A stretch of 64,000 bases of DNA. It comes from an uncultured Verrucomicrobiae bacterium. Lineage in GTDB: Bacteria > Verrucomicrobiota > Verrucomicrobiia > Chthoniobacterales > UBA10450. Numbering within the stretch: the first letter of the stretch is position 1; each line of letters opens with the position of its first letter. This document shows positions 46,000 to 56,631 of the stretch, piece by piece. The position numbers were made by a program, and so were the translations under genes. The notes beneath the pieces are model-generated. The model was not told the origin of the DNA and made no database searches. It saw nothing but the letters and a program-made list of their open reading frames with translations. The stretch covers positions 640,001 through 704,000 of the forward strand of contig CAVSDR010000003.1 in assembly GCA_963726745.1 (NCBI GenBank). The letters run 5' to 3'.

Positions 46000-47773
46000 A
46001 TGAACGAGGGCAACGCCAGCGTGCGCGACCTGGAGCGCCGGGAATGGTTGCGCCGATGCGGACGGTGGGCCGGCGTGGCCACCGCAGTCGCGCTGCTCGG
46101 TTTCGCCGGCTGGCACGGCTACGGACAGCTCCGGCAGCGTCAGCTTAGCCGGCAAGTTCAGCAATTCGCCGGGCAGAACGATCTCGCCCGTGCGGCCGTG
46201 GCTGCGCGACAGCTGCTCCTGCTCGATCCCGATCACTTCGAGGCTCTCACCGTGATCGCGCAGCTGGCTGACGCAAACGGGCGCGAGGAAGCGCTCGCTG
46301 CCTGGCGCGAGGTGGCCGCGCGACGGCCGGGTGATCCTGCCGGCGCGTTGCCCTACGCCCGCGCGGCGCTCCGCCTCGGGCATGCCGATTTGGCCGAGTC
46401 GATTCTCGCGGCCCTCCCCGCGACCGCACGCGACGCTGGCTATTTTCAAGTGGCCGGAGAGGTGGCCACGGAGAAAAAAGATTTCGCCGCCGCCCTGGTC
46501 CACTTCCGGCACGCACAGTCCCTCGCGCCCGGCGACGAAGCGCTCGCGCTTCGCCTTGCCAATCTTGAGCTCACCATCGGCGACCCCGCCGACGCCGAGG
46601 CCGCGCATGTTCGCCTAACGAGTTTAGCCGATCAGGGTGCAGTTCGCTTTCCGGCCGCCCGGGCCCTCGCGCTGGACGCGCTCAGGCGACGTGACCAACC
46701 AGCGGCGCTCCGCTGGGCCGCTCTCCTGCAGGTCCAACCGCACCCACCGGTGGCCGACGATCTTCTGCTACTCGAAGCCGCCGGCGAGAGCGGTTTTGCA
46801 CTGGACTTCCTCCACCGCCTCGAAAACCGAGTCGCCGCAGAACCTGCAGCAGTCGCCGCGGTCGTGACCTGGCTGAATGACCACAGGCAAGCTGCGCGCG
46901 CGGTGCAATGGCGCGAGTCGCTCTCTGCGGCCACGCTCGCCGTGCACCCGGTGCCGCTCGCATTCGCGGAATCGTTTAGCCTGCTCGAGGATTGGACCGC
47001 GCTGCAGGCGTGGGTCGCGGGGAAAGAACTGGGGCGAATTCGAGAGCTTGCGCCTGGCGGTGCAAAGCCATGCGCTCCGCCGCTTGCATCCCGCCGTCGA
47101 AACGCCCCTCGCCGCGCAGATCGCCTGGCGCGCCGCGCTCAAGGCCGCGCCGCCGGCGCAATTGCTCACGATCGCGCAGCTCGCCGAGGGCTGGGGCTAC
47201 GCCGGCGAAGCCGAGGAAGCCTGGTGGCTCCTGGCCAATCAGACCGGCGAGGCACGCGCCAGCCTCTCGGCCCTGCAGCGGATCTACCAGGCGAAGCGCG
47301 ACACTCGCGGCCTCCTCCGCGTGGCCCGGCGCGCGCTGGAGTTGGACCCGGGCGATCTCGTGGCCGCGAACAACTGTGCCAGCCTCGGCCTGCTGCTCGA
47401 TCCGGGCGACCGCGCCGGCTTCCGTCTCGCGGAAAAGTTGCACGCTGACCATCCTCAGAATCGCGCTTTCACCGCCACTTTTGCCTACGCTTTGCATGCG
47501 CACGGCCGCACCGCCGAGGCCTCGCGCGTGCTCGAAACGCTCGACGAAAAAACGCTCCGCGATCCGGCGATCGCAGCCTACTACGTTTGCCTGCTGGCCG
47601 CAGAGGGACGCATCGAGCGCGCGCGCAATTTTCTCCTGGAAGCGAAACGCGCCGCGCTCCTGCCGGAAGAAGAGAAGCTCCTGGCCGCGGCCAGCCGCAA
47701 GATTTTAGCCGACAACTCGAGGCCGTTCGCCCCGCGGCTTGCGAGCGAGAACACCGCGCTGGCTGCGCCCTAA
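46000..47773 (+). CDS. Membrane-anchored tetratricopeptide-repeat protein, frameshift near 47025
   Basis: N-terminal TM and TPR-like units (ARQLLLLDPDHFEAL, AQSLAPGD, RALELDPGDLVAANN). Confidence 0.7.
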
Positions 47774-47909
47774 ACTGCGTCGCATTTTTGCAAAGCGATC
47801 GCCGCGCAGATGCCCGCGGGGCCTATGATTTTTCAGCCGCGTTATGGGTTGCACGCTCCGGCCTCAAGCGATCAACCGGCGCAATTCCCCGCGCCGGAAA
47901 AGCCGCTAG

Positions 47910-47925
47910 GGGCACGGCACTAGCT
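47910..47925 (+). promoter_or_regulatory. Possible sigma-54 (-24/-12) promoter upstream of the hybrid kinase
   Basis: GGGCACGGCACTAGCT gives GG-N10-GC, close to TGGCACG-N4-TTGC, about 37 nt before ATG 47962. Confidence 0.3.
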
Positions 47926-47961
47926 AAAGAAGAATGCGGCCTCACCAACCACCAAAACAAC

Positions 47962-49617
47962 ATGCGCCATGCAACGAACCTGCCGGAGTCCGCAACTTTG
48001 AAACGCACTCCAGTGGCGCGCAGAAACGGAAAGAACCCATCTCATGAAAACCCTCGCCCAGAGAGCCCAGGCGGCCCGGATGAAAGCGCGCAATATTTTG
48101 CGCTGGCCGCGCGGGCCACGAATGACGCGCTTCGGCATTGGCATGTAAAAAGCGGCCGCCTCAGCTGGCCCCAGGGACTCACCAGCCTGCTCGGCTACGA
48201 GCCCTCGGCGATCACCGATGAAATCGGATTTTGGCAGCGACATCTGCACACCGAGGATCGCGCCGGGACCGCCGCCAGCATCCGCGACGCGCTGGCGCAC
48301 AGCGACCATTGGAGCGGCGAATACCGTTTCCGCCGCGCCGATGGGCGCTACCTGCTCATCCTCGAGCGGGCCACGATCGAGCGCGACGCCAGCGGGGCCG
48401 CGGTCGGTTTTGTCGGCTCGCTCATGGACATCACCGCGCGCAAGCAACTGCAGGATCAGCTCTGCCGTTCGCAGCGGATGGAAGCCTTCGGCCAGCTCGC
48501 CGGCGGCGTGGCGCACGACTTCAATAACTTCCTCACCACCATCCTCGGCTACAGCGACCTCTTGTTAGGCGACACGCAGGTGAAGGGCGCGGTCGCGAGC
48601 CACGTCACCGAGATCCGCAGCGCGGCCAAGCGCGCCGCCGCCCTGACCGCGCAACTGCTCGCCTTTAGCCGGCGACATCCGCTGGAGCCGCGCGTGCTCG
48701 AGGTGAACACACTTATCACCAATCTGGAGCACTCCTTCCTCCGCCTCCTGGGCGAAAACATCCAGGTGCAATGCGAGCTCCATCGCGCCCGCGAAGGCGC
48801 CCAGATCAAGGTCGACCCCAATCAATTTACCCAGATCATTCTTAACCTGGTGATCAACGCCCGCGACGCCATGCCCAAGGGCGGTCGCCTCCACCTCAGC
48901 ACCGGCACCCTCCGAATCCACGATCACACCCCGGGCGCCCCTGCAAGCGACGACGAACTCGCCCCCGGCGATTATGTTTCCATCACCGTGCGCGACAACG
49001 GCGTCGGCATGACCCCGGCAGTCAAGGCGCGCCTCTTCGAGCCCTTCTTCACCACCAAGGAAGCGCGCGAACGCAGCGGCCTCGGCCTGGCCACGAGCTA
49101 CGGGATCATTCGCCAAAGCGGCGGCCGCATCCGCGTGCAGAGCGAGCCGGATTGCGGCACCACGGTCACGATTTACCTCCCGAAAGCGCCTGCGGCGAGC
49201 AAGCCGACCTACCAGAAACCGCGCGCTGAAAAATGGCCTACGGGGACGGAAACCATCCTCGTGGTTGAAGACGACATCAGCGTGCGCCACATCGCCGTGC
49301 GCGTGCTCCGCAGCCTGGGCTATCAGGTGATCGAGGCGGCCAACGGCGACGACGCGCAGTTGCTCCTGGCCGACGACCAGGCGCGGACGATCGACCTCCT
49401 GCTCACAGATGTCGTCATGCCGCACATGAGCGGGAATCATTTTGCCGACTGGCTGCGGGCCGAACGTCCCGCGACCAGCGTGATCTTCATCTCCGGCTAC
49501 CTCGAGGATTCACTCGAGGAGAGTCTCGGCTGCAGCGCCACGACTTTCCTCCCGAAGCCCTTCGAGCCCGCGCAACTCGCGCTCAAAGTCCGCGAAATGC
49601 TCGATGCGCGGAGTTGA
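47962..49617 (+). CDS. PAS-domain hybrid sensor histidine kinase / response regulator
   Basis: PAS/PAC (LHTEDR, EYRFRRADG, DITARK), H-box GGVAHDFNN, NLVINARDAM, DNGVGM, FEPFFTTK, GLGLA, and receiver VVEDD...TDVVMP...KPF. Confidence 0.92.
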   Translation: MRHATNLPESATLKRTPVARRNGKNPSHENPRPESPGGPDESAQYFALAARATNDALRHWHVKSGRLSWPQGLTSLLGYEPSAITDEIGFWQRHLHTEDRAGTAASIRDALAHSDHWSGEYRFRRADGRYLLILERATIERDASGAAVGFVGSLMDITARKQLQDQLCRSQRMEAFGQLAGGVAHDFNNFLTTILGYSDLLLGDTQVKGAVASHVTEIRSAAKRAAALTAQLLAFSRRHPLEPRVLEVNTLITNLEHSFLRLLGENIQVQCELHRAREGAQIKVDPNQFTQIILNLVINARDAMPKGGRLHLSTGTLRIHDHTPGAPASDDELAPGDYVSITVRDNGVGMTPAVKARLFEPFFTTKEARERSGLGLATSYGIIRQSGGRIRVQSEPDCGTTVTIYLPKAPAASKPTYQKPRAEKWPTGTETILVVEDDISVRHIAVRVLRSLGYQVIEAANGDDAQLLLADDQARTIDLLLTDVVMPHMSGNHFADWLRAERPATSVIFISGYLEDSLEESLGCSATTFLPKPFEPAQLALKVREMLDARS

Positions 49618-49648
49618 TGGCTAACGATTGATGGTTGATAGGAGCAGC

Positions 49649-50891
49649 GTGGCGCACGTTGCTTCCTCCTCGGCCAAGCCGGTCACCTTCGACGACATCA
49701 AGGCCGCGCGCACCCGCATCAAAGGCGCGGTTTATTACTCGCCCTGCCCGGTTTCGATTCCGCTGAGCGAGCTCACGGGCATGCAGATTTACTGCAAACT
49801 CGACAACCTCCAGCGCACCGGAAGTTTCAAGGAACGCGGCGCGCGCAACGCCCTGGCGCAGTTGCCTAACCGAGCAGCAAAAGCGCGGCGTCATCGCCGC
49901 TTCCGCGGGGAATCACGCGCAGGCGCTGGCCTACCAGGGGCGTTTGCTCGGCATCCCCGCGACCGTCGTCATGCCGCAGTTCGCGCCGCTGATTAAGGTG
50001 AGCAATTGCCAGAAGCTCGGCGCGACCGTGGTCATGCACGGGAAGGATTTCGGCGAAGCCAAGGCGCACGCGCATGAGCTGGCGAAGGAACGCGGCCTGG
50101 CCTACATCGACGGCTACGACGATCCCGCGATCATCGCCGGCCAGGGCACGATGGGTTTTGAGATTGTCGATCAGGTGCCGGACCTCGATGCGGTCATTTG
50201 CCCGGTCGGCGGCGGCGGCTTGCTCGCGGGCGTCGCGCTCGCAGTGAAAACCTTGCGCCCGAAAGCGCAGGTCATCGCGGTCGAAGCGGAAAACACCGCC
50301 AGCTTTTCCGCCGCGCTCAAAGCCGGGGGCCCCTGCCGCTTCGACACGCACCCGACATTGGCCGACGGCCTCGCCATTCCCACCGTGGGCACGAACGCCT
50401 ACAACGTGGCGCATGACCTGATCGATCGCTGCCTGACCGTGTCCGAAGAACAAATCGCGGTCGCTATCCTGCGCATCGTCGAATTGGAGAAAGGCGTGGT
50501 CGAAGGCGCCGCCGCCACTCCCCTCGCCGCCTGTTTGTCCGGACAGCTTCCGGAATTAGCTGGCAAAAAAGTCGTCCTCCTGCTCTGCGGCGGGAACATC
50601 GACCCGAACGTCCTCAGCCGCGTGATCGAGCGCGGCCTCGTGGCCGACGGCCGGCTCGGGCGCTTCGTCGCCGTGATCAGCGACCGTCCCGGCGGCCTGG
50701 CCGACCTGACCGCGAAAATCGCCGCCACCGGCGCGAGCATCAAACAAGTGGTGCACGACCGCGCCTTTGCCGGCAGCGATGTCAGCGCGGTCCATGTCCT
50801 CTGCACGATCGAGACGCGCAACCACGAGCACCTCGCCGAAGTGCGCGCCAAGCTCCAGGCCGACGGCGTGCGCACAATCGACGCGCGTTAG
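49649..50891 (+). CDS. ilvA: Threonine/serine ammonia-lyase with C-terminal ACT domain, frameshift near 49870
   Basis: [16 protein letters not shown] (PLP Lys), ASAGNH after correction, IIAGQGT, PVGGGGL, CGGNID, DRPGGL. AGGAG precedes the GTG start. Confidence 0.88.
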
Positions 50892-50949
50892 CAGCCGGGT
50901 GCCGCGGGGGCGGTTCTTGAATCTGCACCCGCCTTTCGTAGCTTCATTG

Positions 50950-53883
50950 ATGCATCAAGCGAACACGGGCGTTCTCGAAAAGAAACCTTCCACACGCGGC
51001 GAAAAATCCGCCGAAATCCCCGTGCTCGAACGCCAGGATGCCTTTGCCCGGCGTCACATTGGGCCGACGCCGGCGGAGATCGCGGCCATGGTGGAAACGA
51101 CCGGCGCCGGGAGCCTTGATGCGCTGATTGACTCGACCGTGCCGAAGGACATCCGGCTGAAAGGCGCGCTCCATTTGCCCGCGGCCAAGAGCGAAGGCGA
51201 AGCGCTCAATGAGCTCCGCGCGATCGCGCAGAAAAACAAAGTGCTGCGTAATTTCATCGGCGCCGGTTACTCCGATACGATCACGCCGCCGGTGATCCAG
51301 CGGAACATCCTCGAGAATCCCGGCTGGTATACCGCCTACACGCCTTACCAGGCGGAGATCGCGCAAGGCCGGCTCGAGGCGCTGGTGAACTTCCAGACGA
51401 TGATCACCGACCTGACCGCGCTCGACATTGCCAATGCCTCGATGCTTGACGAGGCGACGGCGGCCGCGGAAGCGATGGCGCTTTGCCGCGCGGTCGTGAG
51501 CGGGCGCGATGCCTTCTTTGTCTCCGAGCTCTGCCATCCGCAGACGATCGAGGTCGTGCGCACGCGCGCGCAGCCGCTCGGGGTGCAAGTGATCGTGGGC
51601 GATCACACGGCGTTCGATTTTAAGCAGTCGGTCTTCGGCGTGCTCCTGCAATATCCGGCGACCGACGGCGCGATCCACGATTACGAAGCGTTCGTTAGCC
51701 AGGCACACGCGGCTGGCGCGCTCGCGATCGTCGCGGCGGACTTGCTCAGCCTCACGCTCCTGCGCGCGCCCGGCGAGTTCGGCGCCGACGTGGCCGTGGG
51801 AAATAGCCAGCGCTTTGGCGTCCCGCTCGGCTTCGGTGGGCCGCACGCGGCTTACATGGCCACGCGCGATGCCCACAAGCGTTACCTCCCCGGCCGCCTC
51901 GTCGGCGTCTCGCACGATGCCGAAGGCCGGCCCGGTTACCGTCTCGCGCTGCAAACGCGCGAGCAACACATCCGGCGCGACAAAGCCACGAGCAACATCT
52001 GCACGGCGCAGGTGCTCCTCGCGGTCATGGCCTCAATGTATGCGGTCTATCACGGGCCGCGCGGCTTGCGCGCGATCGCCGGGCGAGTGCATGACTATGC
52101 GGCCAGGCTCGCGCAGGGCCTGGAGCAGCTCGGCTTCGAGATCGCACACGAGCACTTCTTCGACACCGTGCGCGTGGAATTAGGCGACGCCATGTCGGCC
52201 GACATCCTGCAACGGGCCGAGCGCGCCGGCTGCAATCTCCGCTCGTTAGGCCAACACGCCGTCGGCATTGCCCTCGACGAAACCACCACCGATGCCGACC
52301 TCGAGCTCCTGATGTCGATCTTCCGCGGCACTTCCGTGCGCGATTATGAGGACGACGCGCTCGACGGCTCCGCCTTTGGCATTCCGGAAAGCGCGCAGCG
52401 CACGAGCGAATACCTGACGCATCCGATCTTCAACACTCACGAGACTGAGACGGAGATGCTGCGTTACCTGCGCCGGCTCGAATCGCGCGACCTCTCGCTC
52501 TGCCACTCGATGATCCCGCTCGGCTCCTGCACGATGAAGCTGAACGCGACCGCGGAGATGTTCCCGGTTTCCTGGCCGGAATTTTCGAAGCTCCACCCGT
52601 TTGCGCCTGAGTCCCAGACCGCCGGCTATCGCGAGATGTGCGAGCAGCTCGGCATCTGGCTGGCGGAGATCACCGGCTTTGCGGCGGTCTCCCTGCAGCC
52701 GAATGCCGGTTCGCAGGGCGAATACGCCGGCCTGCTCGCAATTCGCGGTTACCACCAGGCGCGCGGCGAAGCGCATCGCAACGTTTGCCTCATTCCGCAA
52801 TCGGCCCACGGAACCAATCCCGCGAGCGCGGTCATGGCGGGCTTCAAGGTGGTGCCGGTGGCGACTTCGAAAGATGGCGACATCGACCTCGCCGATCTGC
52901 GCGCGAAAGCCGACCAGCACGCGAACGATCTCGCCGCGCTCATGGTCACCTATCCCTCGACGCACGGCGTTTTCGAGACCGCGATCCGCGAAGTCTGCGA
53001 GATCGTGCACTCGCATGGCGGCCAGGTTTACATGGATGGCGCGAACATGAATGCGCAGGTCGGGCTTTGCCGCCCGGGCGATTTCGGGCCGGACGTTTGC
53101 CATCTGAATCTGCACAAAACTTTCTGCATTCCGCACGGCGGCGGCGGCCCCGGCATGGGACCGATCGGCGTGGCCGGGCATCTCGTGCCCTTCCTTCCGG
53201 CGCATCCAAAAATTAGCCAGCCAGATGGCGCCACCGCCTCGCCTACCGGCCCGGTTTCCGCGGCGCCTTTCGGCAGCGCGAGCATCCTCACGATCTCCTG
53301 GATGTATATCCGCATGATGGGCGCGGACGGCCTGGCCGAAGCGACCAAGGTGGCGATCCTGAACGCGAACTACATCGCCAGGCGGCTCGACCAATATTTC
53401 CCGGTGCTCTACCGCGGCGCGCACGGCACGGTGGCGCACGAGTGCATCGTCGACCTCCGGCAATTCAAAAGCGCGGGCGTCGAGGTGGAAGATGTGGCCA
53501 AGCGGTTGATGGATTACGGCTTTCACGCACCGACGGTTTCGTTCCCGGTCGCGGGCACGATGATGATCGAGCCGACCGAAAGCGAGGCGAAGGAGGAGCT
53601 GGATCGTTTCTGTGAAGCGATGATCCTGATCCACGGCGAGATCCAGGAAGTGGTCGACGGCAAAGCGGACCGGAAAGACAACGTCTTGAAACACGCACCG
53701 CACACCGCCAGCAAAGTCACCGCCGATGAGTGGACCCGGCCCTACTCGCGCCAGCGCGCCGCTTACCCGGCGCCGTGGACGCGCGACTTCAAGTTCTGGC
53801 CCGCGGTCGCGCGGATCGACAACGTCTACGGCGATCGCAATCTCTTCTGCTCCTGCGTGCCGATGGACGGCTTGCCGGAATAG
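50950..53883 (+). CDS. gcvP: Glycine dehydrogenase (decarboxylating), glycine cleavage system P protein
   Basis: [79 protein letters not shown]. Confidence 0.96.
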   Translation: MHQANTGVLEKKPSTRGEKSAEIPVLERQDAFARRHIGPTPAEIAAMVETTGAGSLDALIDSTVPKDIRLKGALHLPAAKSEGEALNELRAIAQKNKVLRNFIGAGYSDTITPPVIQRNILENPGWYTAYTPYQAEIAQGRLEALVNFQTMITDLTALDIANASMLDEATAAAEAMALCRAVVSGRDAFFVSELCHPQTIEVVRTRAQPLGVQVIVGDHTAFDFKQSVFGVLLQYPATDGAIHDYEAFVSQAHAAGALAIVAADLLSLTLLRAPGEFGADVAVGNSQRFGVPLGFGGPHAAYMATRDAHKRYLPGRLVGVSHDAEGRPGYRLALQTREQHIRRDKATSNICTAQVLLAVMASMYAVYHGPRGLRAIAGRVHDYAARLAQGLEQLGFEIAHEHFFDTVRVELGDAMSADILQRAERAGCNLRSLGQHAVGIALDETTTDADLELLMSIFRGTSVRDYEDDALDGSAFGIPESAQRTSEYLTHPIFNTHETETEMLRYLRRLESRDLSLCHSMIPLGSCTMKLNATAEMFPVSWPEFSKLHPFAPESQTAGYREMCEQLGIWLAEITGFAAVSLQPNAGSQGEYAGLLAIRGYHQARGEAHRNVCLIPQSAHGTNPASAVMAGFKVVPVATSKDGDIDLADLRAKADQHANDLAALMVTYPSTHGVFETAIREVCEIVHSHGGQVYMDGANMNAQVGLCRPGDFGPDVCHLNLHKTFCIPHGGGGPGMGPIGVAGHLVPFLPAHPKISQPDGATASPTGPVSAAPFGSASILTISWMYIRMMGADGLAEATKVAILNANYIARRLDQYFPVLYRGAHGTVAHECIVDLRQFKSAGVEVEDVAKRLMDYGFHAPTVSFPVAGTMMIEPTESEAKEELDRFCEAMILIHGEIQEVVDGKADRKDNVLKHAPHTASKVTADEWTRPYSRQRAAYPAPWTRDFKFWPAVARIDNVYGDRNLFCSCVPMDGLPE

Positions 53884-53892
53884 CCGACGACT

Positions 53893-55014
53893 TCACGGCT
53901 TCGGCGGCAACGCCGCCTGCGCCAGCTCGTCGGCAAAATCCTTCAGCGACCGATCAACCCGCGATTCGTCGCTGGTGTTGAGCTGCACTGCGACCGCGAC
54001 GCCCGCCTCCGGATACCAGCGCGCCTGCGTGAAGTAGCCCGGGAAAAAACCGCCATGCCCGTGCGCTTCGCCGAGCGGCGTCGGTTCCACTTCCACGCCC
54101 AAAGCTGACTTCGCACCCTCGCCCAACTCGGAGGCGTCGACTGTCTGGAAAACTTCCGGGAGAAGCTTTGCGTCAAAGGCGCGGCCGGTGGAGAACGCCG
54201 CCATCCAGCGCGCGAGGTCGAGCGGATTGGTCACGAAGCCGCCACCGCCCCACTCGAAACGCGGGTCCATTACCAGCACGCCGTCGCGCACCATCTTGTC
54301 GCCGCCGAAAGGATTTTTCGCGCCGGCGTAACCGGGGACGAGTCCCGGGATTTTCGGACGATCGGCCGGGACAATGCCGGTGAGTTTCAACGGCTCGAGC
54401 AGGCGACGACGGATTTCTGCGTAGGCGGTTTGACCGGTCACCTTCTCGATGATGAAAGCGAGCAATTGGTAGTTCACGTCCGAGTAGCTGAACTTCGCGC
54501 CCGCGGGATGAAGCGCTTTCGTGACCGACTGCACCGTCTCCAGCGGCGGGCGTTCCTTGGCGGGATCCTCGACCAGCGCGCGCATGAAGTCGTCGCCAAA
54601 ACCGGGGAGCCCGGTGGTGTGATTGAGCAGCATCCGCACGGTGATGGCGTCGCCGTTAGGCAGCTTCGCGAACCACGGCTCCGCGCCGAGATACTTTGAG
54701 ATCTGGTCGTCTAACTGGAGCTTCCCTTCCGCGACCAACTGCAGCGCGACCGCGGCGAAGAAGGTCTTCCCGATGCTCCCGCCGTGCATCAAATCGGTCG
54801 GCCGCATGGGCGTTTTCGCCTCGCGATCCGAAACGCCCGTGGCGACGGCAAACGAGCGACCATCGCGGTAGAACACGCCAGCGACCGCGCCGGGAAAACC
54901 GCTCGACTCGTGGAAGGCGTCGAGCTTTTTCTGCACGCGCGCCTTGGCGGCCTCATCCGGCGCGGCAATCGCGAGGCGGGTAATGAGAACAAGGCCGACG
55001 AGGAGCATGCGCAT
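53893..55014 (-). CDS. Secreted serine hydrolase (beta-lactamase / AmpC-like family)
   Basis: SIGK (SxxK), LLNHTTGL, FSYSDVNY, HGHGG; signal peptide. Confidence 0.85.
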   Translation of the reverse strand: MRMLLVGLVLITRLAIAAPDEAAKARVQKKLDAFHESSGFPGAVAGVFYRDGRSFAVATGVSDREAKTPMRPTDLMHGGSIGKTFFAAVALQLVAEGKLQLDDQISKYLGAEPWFAKLPNGDAITVRMLLNHTTGLPGFGDDFMRALVEDPAKERPPLETVQSVTKALHPAGAKFSYSDVNYQLLAFIIEKVTGQTAYAEIRRRLLEPLKLTGIVPADRPKIPGLVPGYAGAKNPFGGDKMVRDGVLVMDPRFEWGGGGFVTNPLDLARWMAAFSTGRAFDAKLLPEVFQTVDASELGEGAKSALGVEVEPTPLGEAHGHGGFFPGYFTQARWYPEAGVAVAVQLNTSDESRVDRSLKDFADELAQAALPPKP

Positions 55015-55045
55015 GCCAGAGCGTAGGCAATGCTCTTCGAGCGAG

Positions 55046-55081
55046 AAACAAAAAAGGCCGCGCATTGCTGCACGGCCTTTT
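55046..55081 (-). terminator. Rho-independent terminator after the oxidoreductase gene
   Basis: Minus strand reads AAAAGGCCGTGCA-GCAA-TGCGCGGCC-TTTTTTG: a GC stem, GNRA loop and U-tract, 20 nt after the stop at 55102. Confidence 0.8.
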
Positions 55082-55101
55082 CGAAATTAGTCAGCGACTC
55101 G

Positions 55102-56625
55102 CTAGGTATTTTCCGGCGCGAGTTCCGGCGCGCTGGCCACACGCGTAGGCACCAAACGCAGCGCCGTCCCCGTGGTCTGCTCGACCGCGGCTTCGCCACC
55201 TTCGTGATACTCGGCGTCGCCATTCACCGCCCAAAGATCATAAAGCTTGGTGTCGGCGAGAATGTTTTCCGCACAGAGCATCGCAGTCATCATCGCGTGA
55301 TCCTGGTTGTTGTATTTGTGCATCCCGTTGCGGCCAACAAGGTGGAGGTTCGGGTAACGAGTTTCGAGCTCTTCGCGAATCGTGAGGACGTTCTGCGCGT
55401 AGTGATCGTCGTAAACCGGATAGGCTTTCTTCTGCCGGACGACGGTGCCGTCCATCAGGTCGCCTTCCTTCGCGAGGCCGATCTGCATGAGCTCGCGCTT
55501 CGCCAGCTGGATCAACTCTTCGTCGCTCGAATCCCAAAGGCCGTCGTGTTCGAAGCAGAAATATTCCAGGCCGTAGCAAGCGAGCTCGGGATCCGGGACC
55601 ATCTCGGGCGACCAGGAACGGAAGTTCTGGATGCGGCCGACCTTCACCTTCGGGTCGTGGATGTAGATCCAGTTATCGGCGAAAGCGTCGCGGTTTTTCA
55701 GGATCAACATGACCGTGAGGAAGTCGCGATACTTCAAGCCCTCGGCCGCGCGCAGGGTGCGCTCGGTGACCGCGGGGTTGAGGCCGCGGATGAGCTCGCG
55801 CATCGGCGCGGAGGAAATGACATGTTCAGCCTCGAGCGTCTGCACGTCGCCGTTGGCGTCGGTGTATTGCACTGTCCAGGTCGCCGTCTCGCTGTCGTAG
55901 CCGAGGCCAGTGACCTTGCTGCCCATGCGGATCTGGCCGCCGAGCGCGATCGTCTTCTCCGCGCAGGCTTCCCACATCATGCCCGGGCCTTTGCGCGGAT
56001 ATTTGAAGGAATTAATCAGCGTCTTGATGACGTTGTTGGGATCTTTCGACTGCTTCGCCGGCAGAAGCGCGTTCTTGATCGCGCTGCCTAACGAGAGGCC
56101 TTTGATCCGCTGCGCAGCCCAGTCAGCCGAGATTTCCTTGCAGGGAATGCCCCAGACCTTCTCGGTGTAGCTCTTAAAGAAGGTGTTGAAGAGACGCTTG
56201 CCGAATTGATTGCTCACCCAGTCCTCGAAGTTGGTCGGGTTCGGCACCGGGAAGAGGCGCGCTTTTGCGTAGGAAAGGACGCACAGGGTCGAGCGGAAGA
56301 CGCCGAGTTTCATCAGCGCTTCGAAGGCCTTCAACGGATAGGCGAAGAATTTGCCGCCGTAGAAAATGCGCGAGGATCGCGGGCGATCGAGCATGTCGTC
56401 CGGCAGGATTTCCTGCCAAAATTCGTTCACCTCTTTTGACTTCGAGAAGAAGCGATGGCCGCCGATGTCGAAGTGAAAACCTTTATAGCTCGCGGTGCGC
56501 GAAATCCCGCCGACGTAGACCGGATCGGCCTCCAGGACGGTCACCGGGGTGTTGTTTTTGGAAAGGAGGTAGGCCGCGGTCAGCCCCGCCGGTCCGGCAC
56601 CAATGATTGCTACGTTTGTTTTCAT
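55102..56625 (-). CDS. FAD-dependent oxidoreductase (HemY / UDP-galactopyranose-mutase-like family)
   Basis: IIGAGPAGLTAA, DIGGHRFFSK, YTEKVWG, WAAQRI, AYPVYD, GRNGMHKYNNQDH. Confidence 0.8.
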   Translation of the reverse strand: MKTNVAIIGAGPAGLTAAYLLSKNNTPVTVLEADPVYVGGISRTASYKGFHFDIGGHRFFSKSKEVNEFWQEILPDDMLDRPRSSRIFYGGKFFAYPLKAFEALMKLGVFRSTLCVLSYAKARLFPVPNPTNFEDWVSNQFGKRLFNTFFKSYTEKVWGIPCKEISADWAAQRIKGLSLGSAIKNALLPAKQSKDPNNVIKTLINSFKYPRKGPGMMWEACAEKTIALGGQIRMGSKVTGLGYDSETATWTVQYTDANGDVQTLEAEHVISSAPMRELIRGLNPAVTERTLRAAEGLKYRDFLTVMLILKNRDAFADNWIYIHDPKVKVGRIQNFRSWSPEMVPDPELACYGLEYFCFEHDGLWDSSDEELIQLAKRELMQIGLAKEGDLMDGTVVRQKKAYPVYDDHYAQNVLTIREELETRYPNLHLVGRNGMHKYNNQDHAMMTAMLCAENILADTKLYDLWAVNGDAEYHEGGEAAVEQTTGTALRLVPTRVASAPELAPENT

Positions 56626-56631
56626 GTTTGT

